A stretch of DNA of 64,000 bases from Candidatus Omnitrophota bacterium. Its GTDB lineage: Bacteria; Omnitrophota; JACPQZ01. The DNA is taken from positions 4,632 to 68,631 of the forward strand of contig JACPQZ010000076.1 of the NCBI GenBank assembly GCA_016190205.1, read 5' to 3'. Under the pieces are notes generated by a model. The model was not told the origin of the DNA, did not search any database, and worked only from the letters and a program-made list of their open reading frames with translations. The first letter of the stretch is position 1; each line of letters begins with the position of its first letter. Position numbers and translations under genes: made by a program. This document shows, one piece after another, positions 36,063-46,197 of the stretch.

Positions 36063-36111
36063 ACCAAACCCTCCTTGTCGCGAGCTCAAACTAAAGTTTC
36101 ATTAATTTTTA

Positions 36112-36894
36112 TTACGATCCGACGCGGGTTCCTATCTTTTCGCCGCAGATGACACGCTTGATGTTTCCGGGACGCGTGGTATTGAACACGATGATGGGGA
36201 GCTTGTTCTCCATACACAGCGACACGGCTGTGGAATCCATGACCTTTAGACCCTTGTTCAAGACATCGATGTACCGAAGCTCATTAAACTTCTTGGCCGT
36301 GCGGTCCTTGACCGGATCGCTGGTATAAACCCCGTCCACCTTGGTCGCTTTTAAAACCACATCGGCGTTGATCTCGATGCCGCGCAGCGCGGCAGTGGTA
36401 TCGGTGGTAAAGTAGGGATTGCCCGTGCCGCCCGCAAGGATAACGACGCGGCCTTTTTCCAAATGGCGGATCGCACGCCTGCGGATATAGGGCTCGGCGA
36501 TCTGGGACACCTCGATGGCCGTCATGACGCGCGTATAGACACCCTGCTTTTCCAGGGCATCTTGGAGCGCCATGCCGTTAATGATGGTGGCCAGCATCCC
36601 CATGTAATCCGCCGTGGCGGGCGCGATGGTGTGCTGGGCGCGGGCCGCGCCGCGGAAGATATTCCCCCCTCCCACAACGATCGCGACGTCCACTTTGAGC
36701 GCATGGACCTCACGGATTTCCCTGGCTAGGTGGGTAAGGGCGTCGGGGTCAATGCCATGTCCCTGGCTCCCCTGGAGGGCCTCGCCGCTCAACTTGAGGA
36801 TGACCCTTTTGTAGGCTGGCTTTTCCTGCGCCGGGCGGGCGCGGCCGCGCCCTGCGGCAGACGAAGCCTGCTCCGCTTGGCTAGGTTGTGACAT
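36112..36894 (-). CDS. pyrH: UMP kinase
   Basis: [25 protein letters not shown]. Confidence 0.97.
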   Translation of the reverse strand: MSQPSQAEQASSAAGRGRARPAQEKPAYKRVILKLSGEALQGSQGHGIDPDALTHLAREIREVHALKVDVAIVVGGGNIFRGAARAQHTIAPATADYMGMLATIINGMALQDALEKQGVYTRVMTAIEVSQIAEPYIRRRAIRHLEKGRVVILAGGTGNPYFTTDTTAALRGIEINADVVLKATKVDGVYTSDPVKDRTAKKFNELRYIDVLNKGLKVMDSTAVSLCMENKLPIIVFNTTRPGNIKRVICGEKIGTRVGS

Positions 36895-37501
36895 GCGGTC
36901 TTATGTCTTCTCCCAGTTCGTACCGGGTGAACCGCCGGATCACGATATTTTCGCCGATCCTCGCGATCGTCTCGACCAGATAGGCCTGAATGTTCACATC
37001 GGGTCTTTTGATAAAAGGCTGGTCCAGAAGGCAGGTCTCCTGATAGAACTTTTCAAGCTTGCCCGCCACGATCTTTTCGACCACGGCAAGAGGTTTGCCG
37101 GAGATCTGGGATGCGTAAATGTTCTTCTCACTTTCCACCACGGCCGGCGGCACATCCTGACGCGTGATATAGCGGGGGCGGGAGGCAGCGACCTGTAACG
37201 CTACGTCTTTGACAAAGGCCTGGAAATCCGAATTGCGGGCCACGAAATCGGTCTCGCACGCCACCTCGATCAGGACGCCCACCCTGCTCCCCGGGTGAAT
37301 ATAGGAATAAACGAGGCCTTCCTTGACCTCGCGGCCGCTCTTTTTTTCCGCGACCTGAATCCCTTTCCTGCGCAAAATTTGAACGGCGCGGTCCACATCA
37401 CCGCCCGTTTCCTGAAGGGCGTCTCTGCACTCCATGAAGCCTGCGCCGGTCTTTTCGCGCAGCTTGAGGATGTCTTCCTTGCTCACAACGGCCGTGCTCA
37501 T
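36881..37501 (-). CDS. tsf: Elongation factor Ts (short form)
   Basis: [16 protein letters not shown]. Confidence 0.96.
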   Translation of the reverse strand: MSTAVVSKEDILKLREKTGAGFMECRDALQETGGDVDRAVQILRRKGIQVAEKKSGREVKEGLVYSYIHPGSRVGVLIEVACETDFVARNSDFQAFVKDVALQVAASRPRYITRQDVPPAVVESEKNIYASQISGKPLAVVEKIVAGKLEKFYQETCLLDQPFIKRPDVNIQAYLVETIARIGENIVIRRFTRYELGEDIRPHVTT

Positions 37502-38463
37502 TCTCCGTGGGATTCTGGTTTGGGTTTGCGGCGCCTCCGGTGGAGGCCCTCTTTAACATCCAGCTCCGTACCCCGGCCCACAACGGTGTCTTCGATCTCC
37601 TCTACAGGCAATCCGGGACCCGCTTCCGGTTCTGGAACGGCAGGTTCAACTTCTGCGGCCGGTTCAGGCGCCTTTTCGCTCTCGGCGGCCGGCGCCTCCG
37701 CTTGGGGAGCCTCCTCTGGAGCCTCCGGCGGCGCCTCTGGTTTTCCCTTATTCACCTTCACGTTGAGCCCTTTTTGATAGGCCGCCCACCCTTCCGCCGC
37801 GGCATCCGCCACGCAACGGACCAAGAGGGCGATGGAACGTATCGCGTCATCGTTACCCGGAAGCGGATAATCGATAAGGTCGGGGTTGCAATTGGTATCC
37901 GCTATGGCCACCACGGGAATCCCCAGCTTGTTGGCCTCCTTGACCGCTATGATCTCCCGGGTGGGATCGACCACGAACACGGCCCCGGGGAGCCTTCGCA
38001 TCTCGATGATTCCATTCAAATAGCGCGTCAGCCGCGCCGCCTCGCGCTCAATCTGCGCGCTCTCCTTCTTGGTCAGGAACTTGAATACGCCTTCCTCCTT
38101 CATGCGCTGGATCTCTTCATACCGAGAAACGCTCCGGCGTATGGTCTGGTAATTTGTCAGAATGCCCCCCAGCCAGCGCTCGCTGACATAAAACATATGG
38201 CAGCGCTGGGCCTCGCGCACCACAATGTCCCGCGCCTGCGGTTTGGTCCCCACAAAAAGCACCGTACCCCCCTGGGACGTCAGGTCGATTAAAAACCGCT
38301 GGGCCTCCTGAATGGCGCGGTATGTCTTCTCAAGATCAATAATATACACCCCGCTGCGCTCGCCGAATATAAACCGCTTCATCTTGGGATTCCAACGGTG
38401 CGTCAGGTGTCCAAAATGAACGCCCGCTGCCAAAAGATCCTTCATCGTAATGTTGCTTTCCAA
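37498..38463 (-). CDS. rpsB: 30S ribosomal protein S2 with acidic C-terminal extension
   Basis: AGVHFGH, WNPKM, RWLGG, PGNDDA. Confidence 0.97.
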   Translation of the reverse strand: MESNITMKDLLAAGVHFGHLTHRWNPKMKRFIFGERSGVYIIDLEKTYRAIQEAQRFLIDLTSQGGTVLFVGTKPQARDIVVREAQRCHMFYVSERWLGGILTNYQTIRRSVSRYEEIQRMKEEGVFKFLTKKESAQIEREAARLTRYLNGIIEMRRLPGAVFVVDPTREIIAVKEANKLGIPVVAIADTNCNPDLIDYPLPGNDDAIRSIALLVRCVADAAAEGWAAYQKGLNVKVNKGKPEAPPEAPEEAPQAEAPAAESEKAPEPAAEVEPAVPEPEAGPGLPVEEIEDTVVGRGTELDVKEGLHRRRRKPKPESHGE

Positions 38464-38564
38464 GCCATCACCTCCTTTTTACGCAGTGTAAGTCGCTAAA
38501 CGTGCCCCATAGTATATCATATATAGCTCATATCAGAAACCGGCTGAAAGATTTGGGACATAGT

Positions 38565-40367
38565 TTATACCGACATCCCTTCGACCTGCATCTGATAAGC
38601 CTTCTGATATAACCCGCCTTTTTCCATCAGTTCCTCATGCGTGCCGACCTCCTGAATGCGGCCCCTTTCCAGCACAAAAATGCGGGAAGCCCGGCGTATG
38701 GTGGACAAGCGGTGCGCCACCACGAGACAGGTACGGTTGAGCATCAAGCGCTCGATCGCCTCCTGCACCAGACGCTCGCTCTCGGTATCCAGATGGGAGG
38801 TGGCCTCATCCAGAATGAGTATGGGCGGATCTTTTACCAGGGCCCGCGCAATAGAAAGCCTCTGCCTCTCCCCGCCCGAGAGCTTGACTCCCCGCTCGCC
38901 AATGATCGTGTCGTAGCCCCGAGGAAGCGCCTCAATAAAGCTGTGGGCGTTTGCCAAGCGGGCCGCGTGCTCGATTCTTACTTGATCAATCGCCAGGGCG
39001 CGTCCATACGCGATATTATTGCGTATGCTGTCGTTGAACAATATGGTTTCCTGCGTCACGATGCCGATCTGCTCGCGCAGGGATTTCACCGTGACGGCAC
39101 GAACATCCCTTCCATCGATCAGGACGCGTCCCTCGGTGGGGTCGGAAAAACGCGGGATGAGATTTAAAAGCGTGGTCTTCCCCACGCCGCTGGGTCCCAC
39201 GAAGGCCGCGATCTCTCCCTTGCGGATCTCACAGCTTACCCGGTCCAGCACCTTGCGCCTCCCCCCATACGTAAAACTCACGTCCTCGAGCCTGATGTGC
39301 GAGGAGATAGGGGCAAGGGGCGCCGCATCCGGCGCCTCCTGAATCTCTATCTCCTCGTCCAGAAGCCCAAAGATACGCTTCCCGGCCGCCACGAGCTGCT
39401 GGTTGACGGCATGGCAGCGGGCGAGTCTCTTGACCGGCTTCATGAGCGATAGGAGGTAGACCACGAACGAGCCGAATATGCCCGCCGAGAGGCTCCCGGC
39501 CAGGACTTCCCGGCCGCCGTAATAGATGATGACCGCCCCGCACATCACGCCGGAAAGCTCCGTAAGAGGAGCGATGGCCGCCATCCGCTTGACGGTCTTC
39601 ATGACGATTCCGACATAGGCCCTCGTCTCCTGCTTGAATTTCTCGATCTCGTACCGCTCCATGGAAAATGCCTGAATGATGCGCATCCCCGAGATCGTCT
39701 CAAAAAGCCGGGACTGGATGTCGGCCATCTTCGATTGTTCCTGCGTGCTCAAAGATCGGAGGCGCCGCGTCACTGCAAGCACCGGGAGCATGATGAGCGG
39801 AAGGAGGACAAATGAGATGAGGGCCAGCCGCGCGTGGATGAGAAATACCATCACAAGGAACGAAACCAGCTGCACGCTTTGGAAAATAAGATCCGACAGA
39901 TTTTCACTTACCGAATTCTTGACGAGCGCGACGTCATAGGTCACCCGCGAGGCGAGCTCCCCCGTGCGCTTGCGGCCAAAAAAGGGCATGGAGAGCGCGG
40001 CGAGCTTTTCATAGATGCGGTCCTGGAGATCTTTGGCAAGCCCCTGGGCGGTCTTATTCATGAGATACGATTGACCAAAGAGGGCAAGCCCCTTCACCAG
40101 GAACATGCAGGGCACGAAGATCACCATGGCTTGTAGAAGCCACACGCGGTCGATCCCGTTTATTGCGCGCACCCCCTCCTCTACCCATGCCGGCATCGGC
40201 TGGGCAAAACGTATCGCCTGATCGGTCAAAACGCGGTCGATCACGATGGGGATGGTCCCCAACTCCGCCACGCTGAACAGGTTGCCTGCCAACATGCAAA
40301 GGGAGGCGCCGATAAAACATCCCAGGTGCGGCCCAAGCAATCGCAGCAGCCTAATATAAACTTGCAC
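38565..40367 (-). CDS. msbA: Lipid A ABC exporter (MsbA-like)
   Basis: TMD + GPSGVGKT, LSGGERQR, DEATS; divergent from lpxB. Confidence 0.8.
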   Translation of the reverse strand: MQVYIRLLRLLGPHLGCFIGASLCMLAGNLFSVAELGTIPIVIDRVLTDQAIRFAQPMPAWVEEGVRAINGIDRVWLLQAMVIFVPCMFLVKGLALFGQSYLMNKTAQGLAKDLQDRIYEKLAALSMPFFGRKRTGELASRVTYDVALVKNSVSENLSDLIFQSVQLVSFLVMVFLIHARLALISFVLLPLIMLPVLAVTRRLRSLSTQEQSKMADIQSRLFETISGMRIIQAFSMERYEIEKFKQETRAYVGIVMKTVKRMAAIAPLTELSGVMCGAVIIYYGGREVLAGSLSAGIFGSFVVYLLSLMKPVKRLARCHAVNQQLVAAGKRIFGLLDEEIEIQEAPDAAPLAPISSHIRLEDVSFTYGGRRKVLDRVSCEIRKGEIAAFVGPSGVGKTTLLNLIPRFSDPTEGRVLIDGRDVRAVTVKSLREQIGIVTQETILFNDSIRNNIAYGRALAIDQVRIEHAARLANAHSFIEALPRGYDTIIGERGVKLSGGERQRLSIARALVKDPPILILDEATSHLDTESERLVQEAIERLMLNRTCLVVAHRLSTIRRASRIFVLERGRIQEVGTHEELMEKGGLYQKAYQMQVEGMSV

Positions 40368-40497
40368 CGTCTAACACCTTTCTCCGGGGTCTTTTACAGG
40401 CTAGTTCTAAGAAAAACACGGGGCGTTGGTATCAACTGCCCACCTCGGCCCCGCACAGATGCAAATAATCGCTAAGTCTAAGAGTTTAGCACAGTTA

Positions 40498-40527
40498 TTG
40501 ACATTTGCCAAGTCCCTGTGATAGGCT
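40498..40527 (+). promoter_or_regulatory. Putative sigma70 promoter
   Basis: TTGACA-N18-TAGGCT with extended -10 TG. Confidence 0.45.
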
Positions 40528-40582
40528 CTTAATCACCCAAGAGGAAGCTATCTACTAACGCAGTAACCAACGTACACATAAC

Positions 40583-41545
40583 ATGTTACCAAGAATCGAA
40601 GGCAAGGGGATACCCATCGGGGTTGTGGGTGTAGGCCATCTGGGATTTCACCATGCCCGGATCCTCAAGAAAACCCCCGGGGCAGAGCTCATCGGTATCG
40701 CAGATACCAATCCCAGCCGCCTCCAGTGGGTCTCGCGCAAGCTCGGGTGTCGCGCCTTTTCCTCGCCCGAGGAGCTCCTTGGGCGGGTCAAGGCGGTCAC
40801 GATCTGTGTCCCCACCGCGAGCCACCATGCGGCCTCGCTCCCCTTTCTAAAGGCCGGAGTGCATACATTCATAGAGAAGCCCATTACGCGCGATCTCAAG
40901 GAAGCGGATGACTTAATCCGCGAGGCCCGGGCCATGAACGTACTGCTCGAGGTCGGCCATGTGGAACGCTTTAACCAGGCTGTCCAGGCGCTGGCGCAGT
41001 ACCCGGGCCGCGTGTACTTCATCGAGTGCCACCGCTTGAGCCCCTTTAAAAAGCGCAGCCTGGATATCGGGGTCACCCTGGACCTCATGATACATGATAT
41101 CGATATCATCCTGGGGCTCATACCGTCTCCGCTGGTCTCGATCGAAGCGGTGGGGGCGCGCGTTCTGACCCAGCAGGAAGACATCGCGAACGCCAGACTC
41201 CGGTTTGAGAATGGTTGTATCGCAAACATCACCACGAGCCGTTTGACCCACCGCGCCATGCGGAAAATTCGCATATTTCAGGAAAACTGCTACATCTCGA
41301 TTGATTATGCCCGGCAGGCGGCCGCGGTATACCATAAGGAATCAAACCGCATCGTTTCGCGCAAAATTAGGATCCGCCGGCGGGAGCCCTTACGGCTCGA
41401 ACTCGCCCATTTTGTCAGCGAGGTCGCCCAACACAACGGCGTGCCCCGCGGGGCCGGGGCCGTGGATACCAAGGCCCGTGATGCCCTGGCTACGGCCATC
41501 GAGATAACGCGGCAGATCGCACAGGCGCCGCATACCGCCGCTTAA
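40583..41545 (+). CDS. Gfo/Idh/MocA oxidoreductase, GnnA-like
   Basis: GVGHLG, EKP, VGHVERFN, DLMIHDID; directly upstream of lpxB. Confidence 0.8.
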   Translation: MLPRIEGKGIPIGVVGVGHLGFHHARILKKTPGAELIGIADTNPSRLQWVSRKLGCRAFSSPEELLGRVKAVTICVPTASHHAASLPFLKAGVHTFIEKPITRDLKEADDLIREARAMNVLLEVGHVERFNQAVQALAQYPGRVYFIECHRLSPFKKRSLDIGVTLDLMIHDIDIILGLIPSPLVSIEAVGARVLTQQEDIANARLRFENGCIANITTSRLTHRAMRKIRIFQENCYISIDYARQAAAVYHKESNRIVSRKIRIRRREPLRLELAHFVSEVAQHNGVPRGAGAVDTKARDALATAIEITRQIAQAPHTAA

Positions 41546-41548
41546 AGT

Positions 41549-42700
41549 ATGGCTCCCCCTCCCCAAGGCAACTCCCTTTTTCTGGTCGCGGGTGAGCCCA
41601 GCGGTGATCTCATGGGGGCACTCCTGGCCCGGGAACTGAAGGAGATCGACCCCGCGGCGCGGCTCTACGGCATGGGGGGACCCAAGATGCAGGCGGAGGG
41701 TGTTGCAATCGTCCGCGATCTCACCCAGCACGCTGTCGTAGGCTTTTTAGAGGTCCTCAAACACCTCCCCCACTTTTTGAAAACGCTCAAGGCCCTGGTG
41801 CAGGAGGTCGAACGCCTGAAACCCCGTGCGGTCATCCTGATTGATTACCCCGGCTTCAATTTAAGACTCGCGCATGAGCTCAAGAAAAGGGGCATCCGAG
41901 TCATCTACTTCATCAGCCCGCAGATCTGGGCCTGGCGCCGGGACAGGGTGAAGAAGATTGCGCGCCGCGTGGATAAGATGATCTGTCTCTTTGAGTTCGA
42001 GGTCCCCCTTTACGAAAGCCAGGGGCTCCCGGTCCGCTGCGTCGGCCATCCCTTTCTCGATATCGTCCGCACCCCATGGACCCCCGCTCAAGCGAGGCGC
42101 GAGCTAGGCCTTCAGGAAGGTATCCGCACGATCGGCCTCCTTCCCGGCTCCCGCGAAAACGAAATCAGGCGCCACCTGCCCGTTCTTATCCAGTCCGCCG
42201 GCCTTTTGGTAAAGCGCATCGGACCCTGCCAGTTCGTGATTTCCCAATCTGAAGGCACCGACAGAGATCTCTTCACGCGCGTCTTAAGCGAGAAGGACTC
42301 CTCCCGCTTCCGGCTCATACAGGGACATTTCTTGGATCTGGTGAACTCGTGCGACTTCATAGTGACTGCGAGCGGCAGCGCCACGCTCATTACCGGCATC
42401 CTGGAAAAACCCATGATTGTCATTTACCGGGTGGGATTTTTGACGGCGCTGCTCGCGCGCCTATTCATAACCATTCCCCATATAGGATTGGTGAACGTGG
42501 TGGCGGGTAAGACGATAGTCCCAGAGCTCCTCCAACAAAATGCCACACCCCAAAAGCTCGCAGGACTTGCGGCTTCCATCCTGACCGACCCATCGCGCCT
42601 CGACGAGATGAAACAGTCTTTGCGCAAGGTGCGCGAACTGCTGGGCCAGCCGGGGGCCGCGCGCCGCGCCGCCCAGGAGGTTCTTTCCAGCCTATGTTGA
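41549..42700 (+). CDS. lpxB: Lipid-A-disaccharide synthase
   Basis: AGEPSGD, IDYPGFN, PQIWAWR, LPGSR. Confidence 0.95.
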   Translation: MAPPPQGNSLFLVAGEPSGDLMGALLARELKEIDPAARLYGMGGPKMQAEGVAIVRDLTQHAVVGFLEVLKHLPHFLKTLKALVQEVERLKPRAVILIDYPGFNLRLAHELKKRGIRVIYFISPQIWAWRRDRVKKIARRVDKMICLFEFEVPLYESQGLPVRCVGHPFLDIVRTPWTPAQARRELGLQEGIRTIGLLPGSRENEIRRHLPVLIQSAGLLVKRIGPCQFVISQSEGTDRDLFTRVLSEKDSSRFRLIQGHFLDLVNSCDFIVTASGSATLITGILEKPMIVIYRVGFLTALLARLFITIPHIGLVNVVAGKTIVPELLQQNATPQKLAGLAASILTDPSRLDEMKQSLRKVRELLGQPGAARRAAQEVLSSLC

Positions 42701-43941
42701 AAACTGTCCTCGCGATCATGATCGCCCTCCATTTACTTAGCTCCTGGACAGAGGCCCAAGAGGATGGCGTCGCGCTTGAGCCGCCGCAGACGGAAGACAC
42801 AGCAACCCCTCTCAGCGCCCAGGACATGGGCGCGGCGTCCGAGAGCCCCGAGGGCGAAGAGGCCCTCCCGGAGGCCCCACCCGAGGCCCCTCGAGAAGGC
42901 GTCATAGAAATCTTCTACGATTCCGGCGCCCTGCGCGGGAAACTCTCATACCAGGCCGGGGTCTTAAACGGAATGAGCTTTTATTACTACATCACGGGCG
43001 AGCTTAAGGCGGAGCGCGAATTTAAAGATGGACTGCGTGAGGGGACGTCTCGGTCCTATCATCGAAACGGCCAGGTCTTTACCGAGGAGGCATTCAGCCA
43101 GGACAAACCGGCTGGTCCTTCCAAGAGATATTTCGAGGACGGCACCCTCGAAGAAGAAAAAGAATTCGAGGGCGGGGTTCCGCACGGAACGGCCAGGAGC
43201 TGGCACGCAAACGGGAACCTCAAATCAGAGGCCTCGTATAAACAAGGCCTGCTGGAGGGGACGATGAAACGCTATTACGAAAGCGGCGCCCTCCTCGAAG
43301 AGGCGCCTTATGCGAATGACAAACTTGACGGCGTCCTGCGCAGTTTCTTCGAGACAGGCGGGCTGTACGCGGAAATGGAATACGCAGAAGGCGTGCTGAA
43401 TGGTCTACACAAGATCTACGATGAGGCGGGAATCCTGCGCCGGGTGTGGCGATATGAAGATAATGTCCCCTCGGGAGTCAGCAGGGAGTACGACGCGGAA
43501 GGGAGACTGGAGGCCGAATGGCGTTACTCGGATGGAGAGCGGGACGGGATATCCAAAACCTATTACGAAGACGGAACGCCCCGGGCGGAATGGAACTACC
43601 TCAAGGGGCGCCTGAACGGTTTAAGCCGCATCTACGACAAGAAAGGTATCCTGCAGGAAGAGCGCATGTACGCCGAAGATGTCCGGCACGGCCTCTCGCG
43701 GCAGTTTGCAATGGGCGGAAGCCTCGTGATTGAACAGGAATACGCGGACGGAAAACCTGCCAATCCTCCTCGCCTCATCCGGCCAGGTACAGAAGCGCCC
43801 GAGCCCGTAACACCTCCAGAGACAGCGCCTGCTACGGAATCCAAAGTTACGCCCGGACTCGCGACAACTCCTGAAGAACCTTCTTCCACCAAACCGGGAA
43901 CAACAGCGCCGCCTTCGGAAACCGAAGCGTCTCGCCAATAA
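42694..43941 (+). CDS. Secreted MORN-variant (YwqK-like) repeat protein
   Basis: Signal peptide; about 12 repeats of G...YYE.G.L..E..Y. Confidence 0.85.
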   Translation: MLKTVLAIMIALHLLSSWTEAQEDGVALEPPQTEDTATPLSAQDMGAASESPEGEEALPEAPPEAPREGVIEIFYDSGALRGKLSYQAGVLNGMSFYYYITGELKAEREFKDGLREGTSRSYHRNGQVFTEEAFSQDKPAGPSKRYFEDGTLEEEKEFEGGVPHGTARSWHANGNLKSEASYKQGLLEGTMKRYYESGALLEEAPYANDKLDGVLRSFFETGGLYAEMEYAEGVLNGLHKIYDEAGILRRVWRYEDNVPSGVSREYDAEGRLEAEWRYSDGERDGISKTYYEDGTPRAEWNYLKGRLNGLSRIYDKKGILQEERMYAEDVRHGLSRQFAMGGSLVIEQEYADGKPANPPRLIRPGTEAPEPVTPPETAPATESKVTPGLATTPEEPSSTKPGTTAPPSETEASRQ

Positions 43942-43947
43942 GGCGCT

Positions 43948-45993
43948 TTATGCGGAGAAGTCGGCTAAGATTTGAGCCGCCTGTTCGACCTCTTCGCGGG
44001 TAGCAGCGTCCCGAATAACGGCAAGCCCGCCTTCCAAAACGTGCTTAATATGATCCACCGAAATGGAGATGATGCGGCGGTATTTCGGGTCAGGGTCAGG
44101 TACATAGCCCGGATCGGAAATGACATAGTGGAGAGTCTCTCCTTTCCAGATACGGGATAGATATTCCTCGACCCTGGCCACCCTGATCCGGTTCTCAAGC
44201 GCCACGTCCTCAAGCTCAAGGATGTCACAACCCTGGCGCTTTAGTTCCTCACGCAGACCGGAGCTCGCCTTTGGCAGGGCAGCCGCCACGTGCTCAAGTT
44301 CGATGAGGCCCTGGGCCCTCAGGGCTTGAATGAGCGCAACCGACTCCACTCCCACAGCTACAACGTTAAGAGCCTTTCGTGGCTTTACATCCCCCTCACC
44401 TAGAAGAATTCCTCGCCGGGCCGCCGCTTCCCTGATGAGTTCGAGCGCCGGGACGGGGCTCCTTTGAGCACCGCTTTCCGCGCTGACCGCCGCGACCACC
44501 TCATCCGCTGAAACCAACACATAGGGAGGCACCGGTTCCAGAAGATGGCTTGCCACCGAAATCACGCCGTCGCCGGATTGCGGGGCCGCAGGTTCGCTGC
44601 GAGCAACCATTTTCTGAAGGAAGACCAGTTCCTTATTCGCTGAACCAAGGTTCTTGCTTTGGAAATCAGGGTGTTGTTCAGCCGCGCGGGCAAGCATGCG
44701 CCAAATGTCCCCCTCCGTCGAAGCAGTAATGTTCTCGTGTTTCAAATCTTCAGGCATATTCCTCAAAAGAACAACGACTGCGTGCGGATCGACATTGTAC
44801 GTGAGCCAGTAGACGTAGAGTTGTTCACATATCTTTATATCGCGTTGGCTAAGGTGTCTCATAGTTCTTTTGTATCCTACTTCTCCTTCTCCCCCGGCGC
44901 CAGAGGAGAATAACAACTTTCCATCCGCAACGGCATACGCCTTATCCTTAATTTGCGAAACTCCCCAGCTCAATATCCACGCGAGGTCATTAAAGGAATC
45001 TGCCGGCGCGCCCGCCTCCGTCATCCCATCCCCCCGGGCCACTTCCATGAGTCCATCGCCTTCTACACGATCCACAATCTCGCGCTGCAGCTGTTCGAGT
45101 TCCGTAAGCGTCGAAATGATTTCTGGAGTCGCTGGAACAACCGGGATAGGTACTGCGAAGTGCTTAAGATAATAGAGCGAATTATGAATAATGTAAATAA
45201 CAACGTCGCTCTCCTCGATGCGCGCGCGCTGCAACAACAACCTCACAGCTTTGTTTACTTCAGCTTGGACCCTATGCAGGTTACGGTGTTGGACGAAACC
45301 CAGGCCATAGGCAACGGCGGCCCGGACCTTGACGTCATCGTCATTCAAAAATGTGTCCAGCTCCTGCCAATCAACAGAGTACAAGACATGGTATTGCCAT
45401 AAAACAACCCGTCCCAGCGCTTGAGCGACTCGATCCCAATCCCGCTCCGCAAGAAACATTGCTAACCTATGATTTCTTTTTAAAATCACTTCATTCTCCG
45501 GATCGCCCACTCCGTCACCCTGCGCAGCAGGCTTCCGGGCAGACGGGTCCAGGATATTTACATACACGCCGTCTCCAAAAGGGCCCTCGGTTTGGATGGA
45601 AGCAGGCTCGGGATAAGAAGAGACCAGAAAACGAACGGGGTTGGCATCCAGAGCGGCGGTGACCAGAACACCACCCTCTTTAATCTCGAATGAAGCGTCC
45701 TCCAAGGCAGTGCCCTTGACCAGAGGGCCTATATCGGGAAAATCCTGTGTGAGATGAACACGTCCCGGTACAAGCGAAAACCCGGGTTCCTGTGCCAGGG
45801 CCCTCTCGTGAAGTTCAGTTAAAACCGTGAAGGTCCGTAACTCCTGCGAGAAACCCCTAAGCTTTTGAAACGCAGATTCGGATGCGAGATAGTGGGGGGA
45901 AAAATCAGAGGCCACACCTGGTGAGACATTGCCCAGGAAGAGAGTAGTAAACAACAAACAAACGGATATCGGTTTTTTGAGGCAGTCTTTCAT
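43948..45993 (-). CDS. Secreted hypothetical protein with recurring GDG motifs and a HEAT-like segment
   Basis: Signal peptide; GDG occurs 5 times; DDDVKVRAAVAYGLG. Confidence 0.6.
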   Translation of the reverse strand: MKDCLKKPISVCLLFTTLFLGNVSPGVASDFSPHYLASESAFQKLRGFSQELRTFTVLTELHERALAQEPGFSLVPGRVHLTQDFPDIGPLVKGTALEDASFEIKEGGVLVTAALDANPVRFLVSSYPEPASIQTEGPFGDGVYVNILDPSARKPAAQGDGVGDPENEVILKRNHRLAMFLAERDWDRVAQALGRVVLWQYHVLYSVDWQELDTFLNDDDVKVRAAVAYGLGFVQHRNLHRVQAEVNKAVRLLLQRARIEESDVVIYIIHNSLYYLKHFAVPIPVVPATPEIISTLTELEQLQREIVDRVEGDGLMEVARGDGMTEAGAPADSFNDLAWILSWGVSQIKDKAYAVADGKLLFSSGAGGEGEVGYKRTMRHLSQRDIKICEQLYVYWLTYNVDPHAVVVLLRNMPEDLKHENITASTEGDIWRMLARAAEQHPDFQSKNLGSANKELVFLQKMVARSEPAAPQSGDGVISVASHLLEPVPPYVLVSADEVVAAVSAESGAQRSPVPALELIREAAARRGILLGEGDVKPRKALNVVAVGVESVALIQALRAQGLIELEHVAAALPKASSGLREELKRQGCDILELEDVALENRIRVARVEEYLSRIWKGETLHYVISDPGYVPDPDPKYRRIISISVDHIKHVLEGGLAVIRDAATREEVEQAAQILADFSA

Positions 45994-46143
45994 ACCGTGG
46001 GGCGGTATGAACTAAAGAAATGGAATGTTCTGAGCGTGGGGGCGGGGTTTGGCATCTCTAGTGGTTAATTCTAAAATACAAAATTGCCTTAGTCAAGTAG
46101 AAACTTTTGTAACACACAAAAACAATATGAAAATTACAACACG

Positions 46144-46170
46144 AAGGCCAACCGTAACTTACGGCTGGCC
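46144..46170 (-). terminator. Putative intrinsic terminator of glnA
   Basis: AGGCCA.CCGTAA / TTACGG.TGGCCT hairpin followed by T-rich sequence on the - strand. Confidence 0.55.
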
Positions 46171-46197
46171 TAGGTGTTGTTGAGCCTTAAATTGAAC

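Noticed and set aside
42694-43941. YwqK 'antitoxin' as part of a TA system
   Set aside because: It is a signal-peptide-bearing MORN-variant repeat protein with no adjacent toxin.
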